Shown: positions 19,819-28,994 of the stretch, in pieces | Layout: each line of letters begins with the position of its first letter | Position numbering within the stretch: position 1 is the first letter of the stretch | Position numbers and translations under genes: made by a program | Assembly: GCA_003526375.1 (NCBI GenBank) | Contig: DPDG01000114.1 | Location: 60,818 to 124,817 of the forward strand | DNA: 64,000 bases | Reading direction: 5' to 3' | Origin: Lentisphaeria bacterium | GTDB taxonomy: Bacteria > Verrucomicrobiota > Lentisphaeria > Victivallales > UBA1829 | The notes under the pieces: generated by a model | Told to the model about the DNA's origin: nothing | The model's database searches: none | The model's input: the letters and a program-made list of their open reading frames with translations, nothing else

Positions 19819-21789
19819 ATGGTCAAAAGATATTGGTCGCTTCTGTTCTGTTTGTTTTCCCTCGGGCTTTTTGCGGAAAATCCGCTCGGAATGCCGGAAT
19901 ACAGTCAGATTCTGGAAGTAAGCTTCAATACTGTGGAAGATGCGCAAAAAGCGGAGCTGGAAAAGCTGGAACTGCCCGACGGCAGGAAAATTGCATTTTC
20001 CACCCGGTGGGATGACACCAACAACCGTCACCTGAAAATGGCGCGGACTCTTGCCGGCCATGGCTGGAAAGGGACTTTTTATCTGTATGAATTTCAGAAT
20101 AAACAAAGCGATCAAGCCGTTCCCGCCGAGATTTTGAAACTCGGTTCATCGCTTGGTTCCCATACGGTGGATCACCCGGATCTTCCGGGTCTGTTGCCGT
20201 CCGGCATTTTCTACCAGATTCTTGATCTGCGCGTGAGAGAGGAGGCCGCTTACAATACCTGCGTGACGGCTTTTGTACTGCCTTATACCTCCTGTTCCAC
20301 CCGTTTTCAGGATCATGTGCCTCAAATGATCGGCGACATCCTGAAGCGCAGCGGGCATTTCGGCGGTCCCGAACCCTGGGGGAATGTCGCTGAACGTTAC
20401 GGACTGAGCAGGACGATGTGGTTCGGCAGTTTTCTTTTCGGCATCAATGACCGCAGGCCTTCTCCGGAGTTGTTTCAAAAGGGACTTGCCCGCGGATTGA
20501 AAGCGTTGCAGGACAAAAAATGGAAGGCGGGCCCGCATATCACGCTTGGACTTCATACATGGCAGAACAATGAAGGATTCAGAGTCCTGGACAGTATTTT
20601 TGAAGAATACGGAGGGAACCCGGACTGGTGGTACTGCAACGAAAATGAGTATCTTGCATATCGTTATCAGTTTTTCCATACGGGCATCCGAAAGAAATCC
20701 GTAAATGGCAGGACCGCCGTTTTTGAGATCACCAGAATTGCTGCTCCCGAATTGGGACACAATATTCCGCTGTCCGTCAAAACCGATGGCAAGGTTGTTT
20801 CCGCTGTGCTGGATTCCATGCCGCTGAATATTTCGGACGGCATATTTTCTCTGCCTCATGACCGCAGCCGCATGGTTCCTGTCGAGGTGGAACTGGTGCG
20901 CTTTGCCGGGAACAGCCCGGAAACAGTCAGGCTGACAAAGTTTCCGGCATCCGTTCAAATGGCGTTTCATGAACGGGAAAACAGAATTGATTTTTCCTTT
21001 ATCCCGGCGGACTCGTCTGCGAAATTTCAGAATGTCTCCCTTGTGCTGCGTCTGCCGCCTGCCTGGAAAGACGGCGTTAAGCGCGTGACTCTGCCGGTTG
21101 TGAAGGAGAAAGCAGTTGTTTCATTTCCGCTTGGCGCACAGGATTTGCGATCCGGTTTCGGGGAGGGCGATTATCATTTTTATCTTCAGGCTGACATGCT
21201 CTGCAACGGGATTCCCAAGCGCATCCATGCCGTTATGACGGTGAAGCGCGACATGGAAAGGACGGATGCTCCGCGGGATAATGCTTATGCCGTCGGTCCG
21301 CTTGCCGCAGGGACGTTCACATCGGTTTTACTGGAAAAGCTTTCCAGCCCGTCGGCGGATTTGACGGATTTCGGGGTGAAATCCATTGAAAAATGGCATC
21401 CGGCTCCCAGGGGCGACCGGGCGACGCCGGCATTGTCTCCGGTTTTGGAGGATGGACGCTGGAAAAAGGAAGCGGAGGAGTTCCGCAGGAAACAGAACGG
21501 CGAATTTGCGTTCGTTCTGGAATTTGAATCCCCCTCTGCGGAACGGTATCACCTGCTGTTGAATCTGTGGAATGCAAAACAGATTTCCGCAATTTACATC
21601 AACGGCAGAGCATATCAATTCAGGCGCCCGTGTCCGTTTACCTCTCTTGCCGGCCGGAATCGGATTGTGCTGGTTTATCCGGTGGCAAAGAACAGAACGC
21701 CCTCCACGCAGATGGTTTCCGTTTCCAAGGGAACCAGCATGTTCGATCACGTGAAATTCGTGCCCGTGGAGAACGGAAAACAGAGATAA
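19819..21789 (+). CDS. Secreted polysaccharide deacetylase-like protein (CE4 N-terminal domain plus large C-terminal region)
   Basis: Signal peptide. CE4-like motifs STRWDD and GSHTVDHPDL. The C-terminal ~400 aa have no motif I recognise. Confidence 0.6.
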   Translation: MVKRYWSLLFCLFSLGLFAENPLGMPEYSQILEVSFNTVEDAQKAELEKLELPDGRKIAFSTRWDDTNNRHLKMARTLAGHGWKGTFYLYEFQNKQSDQAVPAEILKLGSSLGSHTVDHPDLPGLLPSGIFYQILDLRVREEAAYNTCVTAFVLPYTSCSTRFQDHVPQMIGDILKRSGHFGGPEPWGNVAERYGLSRTMWFGSFLFGINDRRPSPELFQKGLARGLKALQDKKWKAGPHITLGLHTWQNNEGFRVLDSIFEEYGGNPDWWYCNENEYLAYRYQFFHTGIRKKSVNGRTAVFEITRIAAPELGHNIPLSVKTDGKVVSAVLDSMPLNISDGIFSLPHDRSRMVPVEVELVRFAGNSPETVRLTKFPASVQMAFHERENRIDFSFIPADSSAKFQNVSLVLRLPPAWKDGVKRVTLPVVKEKAVVSFPLGAQDLRSGFGEGDYHFYLQADMLCNGIPKRIHAVMTVKRDMERTDAPRDNAYAVGPLAAGTFTSVLLEKLSSPSADLTDFGVKSIEKWHPAPRGDRATPALSPVLEDGRWKKEAEEFRRKQNGEFAFVLEFESPSAERYHLLLNLWNAKQISAIYINGRAYQFRRPCPFTSLAGRNRIVLVYPVAKNRTPSTQMVSVSKGTSMFDHVKFVPVENGKQR

Positions 21790-21822
21790 AACGGGAAGTC
21801 GTTTGTGTGCTTCCCGTTTTTT
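21787..21822. terminator. Bidirectional Rho-independent terminator between convergent genes
   Basis: Stem ACGGGAAG / CTTCCCGT flanked by AAAA on the left and TTTTT on the right. Confidence 0.75.
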
Positions 21823-21828
21823 GCAAGG

Positions 21829-23742
21829 TTATTTGTCCCGGATCATTGGAGCGGTATCGCGCGGGATCAGAATATTTTCCGGCGCGGTGGAGACGAGAGG
21901 AAGAAGCGGAGCGCCGACTCGGAACCGCATATCTTCGTGGACATAGGGGAATCTCACACTCCAGATTTCCGTTTCTGCGGTATTTCCCCGCTTATAAACC
22001 AGTTGGCGGATACTGTCGCTCTTGCTGAATGACGCCATGCTCCTGCCGGATGGATCCAGAAGTTCGGCGCCTACGGGTTCTCCGAGGTCCGGCGCAACTT
22101 CAAGTCTGATGTCCGCCGCTCCGGCAGGCACCATGAAATAAAATCTTGCCCCCGATGCGTAAAACATCCCGGTTCTCGTATCCGCCAGAATGGCTTGTCC
22201 CGGCTGCCCGGAAGCCAGGGCGACGGCATGCAGTCCGGTATTGACCTCCAGCAGCATGACCTCGCTGCCGCTGTTTTTCTTTAATATATAGGATTGGCTG
22301 GGCTTCGTGATTTTGAATTGATCCACCGGAGTGCCGTTCGAGTCTTTCACATCGACCGTTATATTGATGGGATTTTTGTAGATTTTCCTGACGGTAAAAT
22401 CCAGTTTGACAGGTTTGCCGGATTCGACATATTGCAGAATTTTGAATTTTTTGCGGAAGAATTTGCTCTTTGCCTCTTTTTTCCCTTTTCCGCCGGGAAC
22501 CAGTTGTTTCAGATCGACGGTTGCGACTTTGAAGTTTTTTATTGCTTCATCGGGCTTATTGGCGAGCATGAATTTCCGGAAATCGAACTTGCTTTCCTTA
22601 CCGTTCTTTTCCTGAATATTCAAGCTGCCCTGAATGCCGGTCACACCGGCGCCCGAGAGACTTTGAAATTCCAGCGGACGGCTTCCGCCTGTGATGATTT
22701 TACTGTTTTCAAAGGCAATTCCGGCAATATCCGGCAGCAGATTTGTACTGACGGTGACAGTCGACGCACCGGTATTTCCATTGTCGATCAGGCAGTTTTT
22801 GAACAGGACCTTCATTGCATCTTCCTGAAGATTGCTCAAAATGACGGAATTGGATTTTGCGGAATCCATCCGGCAGTTTTCAAAGACGACATTTCCTTTT
22901 ACGGGTGTTGTACCGCTCGCGCTGAGCATCATATTGATTCGGTTTCCGGTCAGCCTGCAGTTGCGGAAAGTTACGGAAAGCGGCTTTGTCTGTGCCGTCA
23001 GCAAGTTCAGATAAAGCAGAATGCCGACCGCATTATTCTCGAATTCACAGTCGCTGATCTCACAGCCGGTGATCCATTCATCCGGTTTATTCGGCTCGAA
23101 ATCAATGCCCGCCATGGGAGGGGTTCCCGCCGTATTGCTGAATTTACTGTGACGGATTTTCAGTCCGTCCACGCTGATGACACTGATCCCCTGGCGGTGA
23201 TGATCCGAGGCTGTTACCTGTTCGATAACGACATTCCGGCATCCCCGCATCCGGGAAGATGTGCCGATATAGATACCGTCACCGCCGCTTGATTCCAGAG
23301 AGAGCCCGGAGACGAGAACGTTCTCGCATCCTCTGAAACAGAGTGTATTGCGCCATTCGGAAGGCTTGTACCGCTTGATGTCCTGATAGTCTTTTTTATT
23401 CATGACCAGCCGCACCTTGCCATTGCCTTTCAGGGATATGTTTTTGCAGTCCGTTGCCTCGAACAGAGAATCGTTCAGCCCGTGGAAAGCGCCCGGAAGA
23501 GCTCGGACGGTTACACCGTCGGCAAAGGTGAGTTCCAGATCGGAACGCAGGCGGATCTTATCAACGATCCAGTCTTTTCCCATATTGTCGACAAGAATTT
23601 TCGGTGCGCCGGAATCAATTGCTTTCTGCAGGCATTCCGTGGCATTTTCCGCATGGAACCCCCATTGACTCGCTTTTACTGCGTCACTGCCGAATGCAGA
23701 GATCATTCCGCAGCAAAGAAACATTATGATCAGCCGTTTCAT
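21829..23742 (-). CDS. Secreted right-handed parallel beta-helix protein (pectate-lyase/polygalacturonase-fold glycan-active enzyme)
   Basis: Signal peptide MKRLIIMFLCCGMISAFG. N-terminus WGFHAENATECLQKAIDSGAPKILV (Pectate_lyase_3-like). Repeated NxxGxxI beta-helix turns (GGDGIYIG, HHRQGISV). Confidence 0.65.
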   Translation of the reverse strand: MKRLIIMFLCCGMISAFGSDAVKASQWGFHAENATECLQKAIDSGAPKILVDNMGKDWIVDKIRLRSDLELTFADGVTVRALPGAFHGLNDSLFEATDCKNISLKGNGKVRLVMNKKDYQDIKRYKPSEWRNTLCFRGCENVLVSGLSLESSGGDGIYIGTSSRMRGCRNVVIEQVTASDHHRQGISVISVDGLKIRHSKFSNTAGTPPMAGIDFEPNKPDEWITGCEISDCEFENNAVGILLYLNLLTAQTKPLSVTFRNCRLTGNRINMMLSASGTTPVKGNVVFENCRMDSAKSNSVILSNLQEDAMKVLFKNCLIDNGNTGASTVTVSTNLLPDIAGIAFENSKIITGGSRPLEFQSLSGAGVTGIQGSLNIQEKNGKESKFDFRKFMLANKPDEAIKNFKVATVDLKQLVPGGKGKKEAKSKFFRKKFKILQYVESGKPVKLDFTVRKIYKNPINITVDVKDSNGTPVDQFKITKPSQSYILKKNSGSEVMLLEVNTGLHAVALASGQPGQAILADTRTGMFYASGARFYFMVPAGAADIRLEVAPDLGEPVGAELLDPSGRSMASFSKSDSIRQLVYKRGNTAETEIWSVRFPYVHEDMRFRVGAPLLPLVSTAPENILIPRDTAPMIRDK

Positions 23743-23769
23743 TTTTTCATTGCTCCCGCTTGTTTTTCA

Positions 23770-24561
23770 TCAATATCCCTGATAGTATTTTACCAGATCG
23801 CTTTCCTTCGGTGCTTTCCAGAGCCAGATGCGTTCATCGTAAGCCAGCACATAATTCACGGTCTCGACATGGCCGTCTCCGTAGACATTGTTGGCTCCGC
23901 CTTTATGGGCTCTGTCGATTCCGATGGAGGCGCTCTTGTAACGGGCGATCAGTGCGACTCCGTTTCCTGTTCCATACTTCATGGAAACCCCGGTTCTGTC
24001 GCCATCCTGTCTGTAACAGGTCCAGTTGTCTCCCCACAGAACTGTCCGGCTGAGATAACGGTTCGGCTGTGACAGTTGCAGCCACCTGTCTACGGTATCG
24101 AACACATTGGAGGGGCCGATGTAGTAATTGTATCCGTAACTGTCATATACACGCAGAGAGTTGAACATGTATCCCGGCTTCGAGTCAGTCGGGCAGAGCA
24201 GGAGTTTGCTTGTTCTGTATGCCGAGGCGCCGGCGCCGCGGATGCTGGTCGGGACAATTTTATTTTTTGTCAGGTATTCCACCCATGTGCAGGGTCTCCC
24301 ATCGGAACGTACGGAACGGTCAAGAATATGCGCGCTCAATAATCGTTCCTTATAGTCATTGGCATAGAGGAACCATACCACTCCGAGCTGTTTCAGGTTG
24401 CTGCGGCAGCTGGCGCCTTGCGCTACGCCGCGCGCCGCATTCAATGCCGGCAGAAGCATCGCCGCAAGAATCGCGATGATCGCAATAACGATGAGCAATT
24501 CTATAAGGGTGAAAGTCCGCAAATGCGGGGTGTTATGGAGTGGGGATTGGTGTCTTGTCAT
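23770..24561 (-). CDS. Prepilin-type N-terminal methylation-domain protein with C-terminal H-X9-DG motif (DUF1559 family)
   Basis: [28 protein letters not shown] near the N-terminus and [15 protein letters not shown] near the C-terminus. Start set at ATG 24561 after AGGAAAGGA. Confidence 0.85.
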   Translation of the reverse strand: MTRHQSPLHNTPHLRTFTLIELLIVIAIIAILAAMLLPALNAARGVAQGASCRSNLKQLGVVWFLYANDYKERLLSAHILDRSVRSDGRPCTWVEYLTKNKIVPTSIRGAGASAYRTSKLLLCPTDSKPGYMFNSLRVYDSYGYNYYIGPSNVFDTVDRWLQLSQPNRYLSRTVLWGDNWTCYRQDGDRTGVSMKYGTGNGVALIARYKSASIGIDRAHKGGANNVYGDGHVETVNYVLAYDERIWLWKAPKESDLVKYYQGY

Positions 24562-24799
24562 TTTGTATTCCTTTCCTATTATGTAAAAGTCAAGGGGCTG
24601 AGCCCTCTTTTTTACGTTGTTTTGTTGTTTTCTTTGTTGTTTCTTCATTTTTGCCTCGAAAGACAAAAATCCGACCTCTGCAATTTCTTGCAGTTTTATT
24701 ATTCTTTGAAACTGTTTCTGTTTTCTGATCCAATCAAAAATCGGACACTATTATTGGCAACGGGAGCCGAGGCTCTCTTGCATTTTGCTGTTCCATTCA

Positions 24800-26240
24800 A
24801 AAATAGTACTCGTAAACTTGGGTTATGCTCATTTTTCAGGGCAAGAAAGGAACAAACGACGTACTATCAAAACCGAACTTCCGTTTTCACAGCAAAACAG
24901 ATCATAACCGAATCAAATCTATTTATTTCGTGCGAGGCAGCAGTTCCACGAATTTCCGGTTCTGAAGCCAGACCGCACGAATGGAAAGTAAAAGCTTCTT
25001 TGCAATGATTGAAATCGCCCGTTGCGGACACATTCCTTTTGCCAGCATCGCGCCGTATTTCGCCCGGTATTCCAAGTTGAATCTTATCGCTCGCCAGGAC
25101 GATTCGATCAGAAGATAATGCAACTGCTTTTTCTTCCGGTTTCCGCCGAATTTGATTTCCTCGTGTTCTCCGCTGCCGACCGTATGCGGAGCAAGCCCCA
25201 CGTACGAATTCAGCGAATCCTTATTGGGAAATCGTGACAAATCCCACAGTTCCGCCTGTAGAACGACCGCCGTGCGAAAGCCGATTCCCGGAATGCTTTC
25301 CAAGTTGTCCTGAACCTTTTCCCGGTTCAAATGCTTCAGACATTCCCGTTCGTCGCGGATTATCCGAATTCGCTCTTCCCGCAGAAAACGCAATTCGCGC
25401 AAGTCGCTCTGCAATGCGTAGTCATGCCGTTTTGCAGCATCCGATTCCATGATTTTCAATGAGCCTCCGGACCAACTTCTGAACTTCAAGCCGAGAAAAA
25501 ACAGATGGCTGTGAATCCGATTCTTGATCCGGACAATATTTCCGGTCAGCTTCGTCTCGCGCCTCGTCAGATTCCTCAATTCCAAGTTCGCCGGCTCCGG
25601 GATGTATATTCCTTCCAGACTGCCATTCTCCAACTCTCTCGCCAGCTTCCGGCTGTCCAAACTGTCACTCTTGTATTCCCGTTCCTTTCCGCTCGTCGGC
25701 ACATCCGCCGGATTGATCACGATATTCTTCACGCCCAGCTCGCACAGTGTCCGATGCGCTTCAAAGCCGCTGAATCCAGCCTCATATACACTCCGGTATT
25801 CCGCATCCGGATAGTTCTTCCTCAAATGTCGAACCAGTTCAAGGACTTCTGGATTCATGCTGAAATTGGCGATCTGCTGGTTGCAATGCCGAATACTTAC
25901 ATGCCAACTGTTTTTATGTACGTCAATTCCGCAATAAATCACTTGACCTTTGAACGATACCGTGCTACATTCTTTCATGGCTGACCTTCTTTATTGTAGA
26001 TGTTTTAACTGTTTGCGAGTCGCTCTTCCATTGCGTCGTCGCCTTATATACAGTATCACATCATCTTTTGAGAGTCAGCCTCTTTTTTCGCGATTACACC
26101 TCGCTTCCTTTTACCATAGCAACTTGATATTTTATTTGGCTGATTTTTTTTGCTTCCGGAGTCCGGGATTGTTGAAAGACGGCGTATTGCTTTGGCGGCG
26201 TCTTCCGTATGTTCTGTCCAGTAGGGATACCCTCTTTTTC
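24800..26240 (-). mobile_element. IS110-family insertion sequence (boundaries approximate)
   Basis: Single DEDD-type transposase gene flanked by non-coding DNA, with no obvious terminal inverted repeats, as expected for IS110. Sits between a LacI-type regulator and the DUF1559 gene. Ends cannot be fixed without an empty-site comparison. Confidence 0.6.
24923..25978 (-). CDS. IS110-family transposase (DEDD/RuvC-like plus Transposase_20 domain)
   Basis: IYCGIDVHKNSWHVSI N-terminal DEDD motif. C-terminal IPGIGFRTAVVLQAEL...SYVGLAPHTVGSGE helix-hairpin-helix/Ser region typical of IS110 recombinases. Confidence 0.9.
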   Translation of the reverse strand: MKECSTVSFKGQVIYCGIDVHKNSWHVSIRHCNQQIANFSMNPEVLELVRHLRKNYPDAEYRSVYEAGFSGFEAHRTLCELGVKNIVINPADVPTSGKEREYKSDSLDSRKLARELENGSLEGIYIPEPANLELRNLTRRETKLTGNIVRIKNRIHSHLFFLGLKFRSWSGGSLKIMESDAAKRHDYALQSDLRELRFLREERIRIIRDERECLKHLNREKVQDNLESIPGIGFRTAVVLQAELWDLSRFPNKDSLNSYVGLAPHTVGSGEHEEIKFGGNRKKKQLHYLLIESSWRAIRFNLEYRAKYGAMLAKGMCPQRAISIIAKKLLLSIRAVWLQNRKFVELLPRTK

Positions 26241-27261
26241 CTGTCGGAATACGGATATGGAGCTCAGGAGAAAGGAGCCTGCCGCACGGCGTCGGGAGAA
26301 GCGCTTCTTTGACCAGTTCCGCTGCCAGTCTGGAAAGATTGTGCTGAACCGAGCTGATCGGCAGCGGGTAGTTCCTGATTACCTGATCATTGTTGAAGCC
26401 TCCGAGAAGGAGGTTGCGATATTTCCTGTAGCCGGGTTGCAGCAGACAGTTTCCGCCTCCGACGGCGAAAGAGTCGTTCATATAAACGATTCCCCGGATG
26501 GCGGGAAAGTCATGAAGCAGGCGTGCTGTGGTCTCGAATCCGTGATGTTCCCAGCTTGCATGGGGATCGGAGACATAAAAATCAATGTCTTCCATCGGAT
26601 AGATGAAACGTTTTGTGATCTCCTGCCCGCTCAGTTCCGGGTATGCGCGCATCAGAGCGCCGAACCCGTGACAGCCCGGATTGCACTGCTTTTTCTCGCA
26701 AATCAGCCGGAAGTTGTCTCCGATCTGCGATCTGAAGTAGCGTATCAGAGCTTCGCCGCCGATAAAAAGACAGCTTTTGACCCAGCGGGGAAATGTGGCG
26801 GCGATTCCGACGGAATTAATCCCGGATGCTTCCAGCTCCGCCATGATTTCCTGCTGTCCGAAGGGTTGTCCGAGAAAGACGAAGGATTCCACGCCGCGCC
26901 CGATCAGTTCACGGACTTTTTTCAGATTGGCTTCGGCGTCATCGCTGAATGCATTGTAATAAGCGGCATATCCCAGTCTGTCGAAACCGGTCGTCAGGCG
27001 CAATGTGAGCGCCATGATATGTTCCTCGTCATTCATCTGCGCCCTTGAATTCATGATTGCAACGGTGCGGGTTTTCTGCCTGCGCAGGAGCTTGTAGCCG
27101 AAACTGACCTGGTACCCCATCTCTTTTGCAACCCTGCGGACGCGCTCCTTGGTTGCTTCCGAGCTGTAATTGTTCGGACGGTTGTTGAGAATCTCGGAAA
27201 CGCTTGCGACGGACAAGCCGACTGTCGCGGCAATTTCTTTCAATGACACTCTGGCTGGCAT
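26056..27261 (-). CDS. LacI-family transcriptional regulator with an abnormal ~60-aa C-terminal extension
   Basis: HTH VSLKEIAATVGLSVASVSEILNN followed by a PBP1-type sugar-binding core. The family-typical end is near ...PELHIRIPTGK, and the remaining tail reads into DNA flanking or belonging to the IS. Confidence 0.85.
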   Translation of the reverse strand: MPARVSLKEIAATVGLSVASVSEILNNRPNNYSSEATKERVRRVAKEMGYQVSFGYKLLRRQKTRTVAIMNSRAQMNDEEHIMALTLRLTTGFDRLGYAAYYNAFSDDAEANLKKVRELIGRGVESFVFLGQPFGQQEIMAELEASGINSVGIAATFPRWVKSCLFIGGEALIRYFRSQIGDNFRLICEKKQCNPGCHGFGALMRAYPELSGQEITKRFIYPMEDIDFYVSDPHASWEHHGFETTARLLHDFPAIRGIVYMNDSFAVGGGNCLLQPGYRKYRNLLLGGFNNDQVIRNYPLPISSVQHNLSRLAAELVKEALLPTPCGRLLSPELHIRIPTGKRGYPYWTEHTEDAAKAIRRLSTIPDSGSKKNQPNKISSCYGKRKRGVIAKKEADSQKMM

Positions 27262-27279
27262 ACGAATTTCTTCTCCTGC

Positions 27280-27294
27280 ACGAAATTATTTCGT
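27280..27294. promoter_or_regulatory. Candidate operator palindrome ACGAAAT-T-ATTTCGT
   Basis: Perfect 7-1-7 inverted repeat in the divergent LacI / glpA-like intergenic region. Confidence 0.45.
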
Positions 27295-27336
27295 TAGCTG
27301 TAATATAAGGAGTTCCGGATGCGATGTCAAATTCAT

Positions 27337-27351
27337 ACGAAATATTTTCGT
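27337..27351. promoter_or_regulatory. Second candidate operator ACGAAA-TAT-TTTCGT
   Basis: Near-identical 15-mer palindrome 57 bp from the first, in the same intergenic region. Confidence 0.45.
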
Positions 27352-27537
27352 GAAAAAATCGGGAAACGGTTCGGGCAGGACAGGCAAAAGATACGGCATC
27401 GGCTTTTTAACATCTCGCTTACCGCATCACTCATCATTTCATTTTCATATTTTTTTCAGAATTTTCATTTGACTTTCTCATAGTTCAGATGTAGTTTTTA
27501 ATTAGTAAACATATAACTAAACACATAGAGTGATCTT

Positions 27538-28992
27538 ATGAATGGATGTTATGACATTGCGGTCATCGGGGCGGGCGTGACCGGGGCGGCGACTGCGGCA
27601 GCTTTGTCACGTTACCGTCTGAACGTGGCCCTGCTGGAAAAAGAGGCGGATGCCGGTTTCGGCGTATCCAAAGCGAATTCAGGTATTGTGCATGGCGGAT
27701 TCCATTATCCTTTGACTACACTCAAGGGACGTCTGGAGATTCTCGGGAACCTGATGTTCGAAAAGCTCCATTATGAGCTCGGTTTTCCTTATCGCAGATG
27801 CGGGATCATTGTCGCCGCATTTTCGGAGGAGGAAGTGGCGGAGGTACGCCGTCTTTACCGTCAGGGTGTGGAAAACCGGGTGCCGCGGATCGAGCTCTGT
27901 TCCGCGGAACGGATGCTGGAACTGGAACCGAAGCTTGCGCCCGATGTCGCCGGGGGGCTTTATGCGCCCGGCGGAGGTGTCGTGGAACCTTACCGTTACG
28001 TCTTTTCCCTGCTTGAGCTGGCGAAACGCAACGGAGTTGAATTTCTTCCAAACTGTAAACTTGAAAACGCTTCCTTTGCAGACGGCGCATGGACTTTGCA
28101 GGCGCATGACGGACGCAGGATCAGAGCGAAGTATGCGGTCAATGCCGCGGGACTTCATGCGGATGATGTTTCCCGGATATTCGGTGCGGAGGAGTTCAGG
28201 ATTTCAGCGCGCAAAGGCGAGGAATATCTGCTGGACCGGACCTCTGCGGCGTATCCGTCCAAAGTGGTCTTTCCTGTTCCTGTGAAACATTCCAAGGGCG
28301 TGCTTGTGATTCCGACTGTGGACGGGACGACGATGGTCGGGCCGACCGCGGAAATTGTCGGGGACAAAGAGGATCATTCCACCACGGCGGAAAACAGGAG
28401 TGCTGTGTTCCGTCAGGCGAGGCGGATGGTGCCCGCTGTATCGGAGCGCGATCTGATTACCGGTTTCAGCGGTTCGCGCCCGGTTATGGAGGGCAATGAT
28501 TTTTATATCGCCTTTTCAAAGAAGGTGGAAAACCTGATTCAGGCGGCGGGAATCCAGTCGCCGGGATTGACGGCATCTCCGGCGATTGCCGGATATATCT
28601 GCGGACTGCTCCGTGAAAACGGGGTCCGTCTTGAAGAAAAGGCGCAGTTTGCATCCATGCTGGAACCTCCGGTTCAGATTCGGAGACAATCTGCCGAAGA
28701 AGCGGACCGGCTTCATAAGGAAGATCCGGCGTGGACCAATATCATCTGCCGCTGTGAGAAGATTTCCGAGGCGGAGATTGTGGACGCAATCCGGCACGGG
28801 CATACTACGCTGGATGGAATTAAATTCTATACCCGTGCGGGCATGGGGCGCTGTCAGGGCGGTTTCTGTTCCTATAAAATCCTCAAGATCATTGCGAGGG
28901 AAACCGGAATGTCTTTGGAGGAAGCTACGAAGCGCGGCGGGAACACCGGATTCATTTCCGGGCATCTCGGAGATATGGGAAAGAGGGGTTGA
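27538..28992 (+). CDS. FAD-dependent oxidoreductase, GlpA-like (glycerol-3-phosphate dehydrogenase family) with BFD-like [2Fe-2S] domain
   Basis: DIAVIGAGVTGAATA dinucleotide fold. C-terminal ICRCEKISEAEIVDAI ... GMGRCQGGFC. Confidence 0.8.
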   Translation: MNGCYDIAVIGAGVTGAATAAALSRYRLNVALLEKEADAGFGVSKANSGIVHGGFHYPLTTLKGRLEILGNLMFEKLHYELGFPYRRCGIIVAAFSEEEVAEVRRLYRQGVENRVPRIELCSAERMLELEPKLAPDVAGGLYAPGGGVVEPYRYVFSLLELAKRNGVEFLPNCKLENASFADGAWTLQAHDGRRIRAKYAVNAAGLHADDVSRIFGAEEFRISARKGEEYLLDRTSAAYPSKVVFPVPVKHSKGVLVIPTVDGTTMVGPTAEIVGDKEDHSTTAENRSAVFRQARRMVPAVSERDLITGFSGSRPVMEGNDFYIAFSKKVENLIQAAGIQSPGLTASPAIAGYICGLLRENGVRLEEKAQFASMLEPPVQIRRQSAEEADRLHKEDPAWTNIICRCEKISEAEIVDAIRHGHTTLDGIKFYTRAGMGRCQGGFCSYKILKIIARETGMSLEEATKRGGNTGFISGHLGDMGKRG

Positions 28993-28994
28993 AT

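Noticed and set aside
18276-19826. 516-aa minus-strand ORF antisense to pyruvate kinase. Similar long antisense ORFs occur at 44898..46592, 59250..60308, 50613..51812, 22294..23292, 36811..37917, 3089..3994, 26209..27048 and 28872..29903.
   Set aside because: All are Arg/His/Pro-rich shadows opposite genes with strong family signatures. None has its own SD, motif or plausible domain.
24667-24740. Short hairpin CTGCAA-TTTC-TTGCAG followed by TTTTATT, and duplicated AAAAATC(C)GAC words upstream of the DUF1559 gene
   Set aside because: The 6-bp AT-rich stem is on the strand opposite to all local transcription, and the duplicated word is only about 10 bp. This could be an IS-end or promoter feature but cannot be supported.
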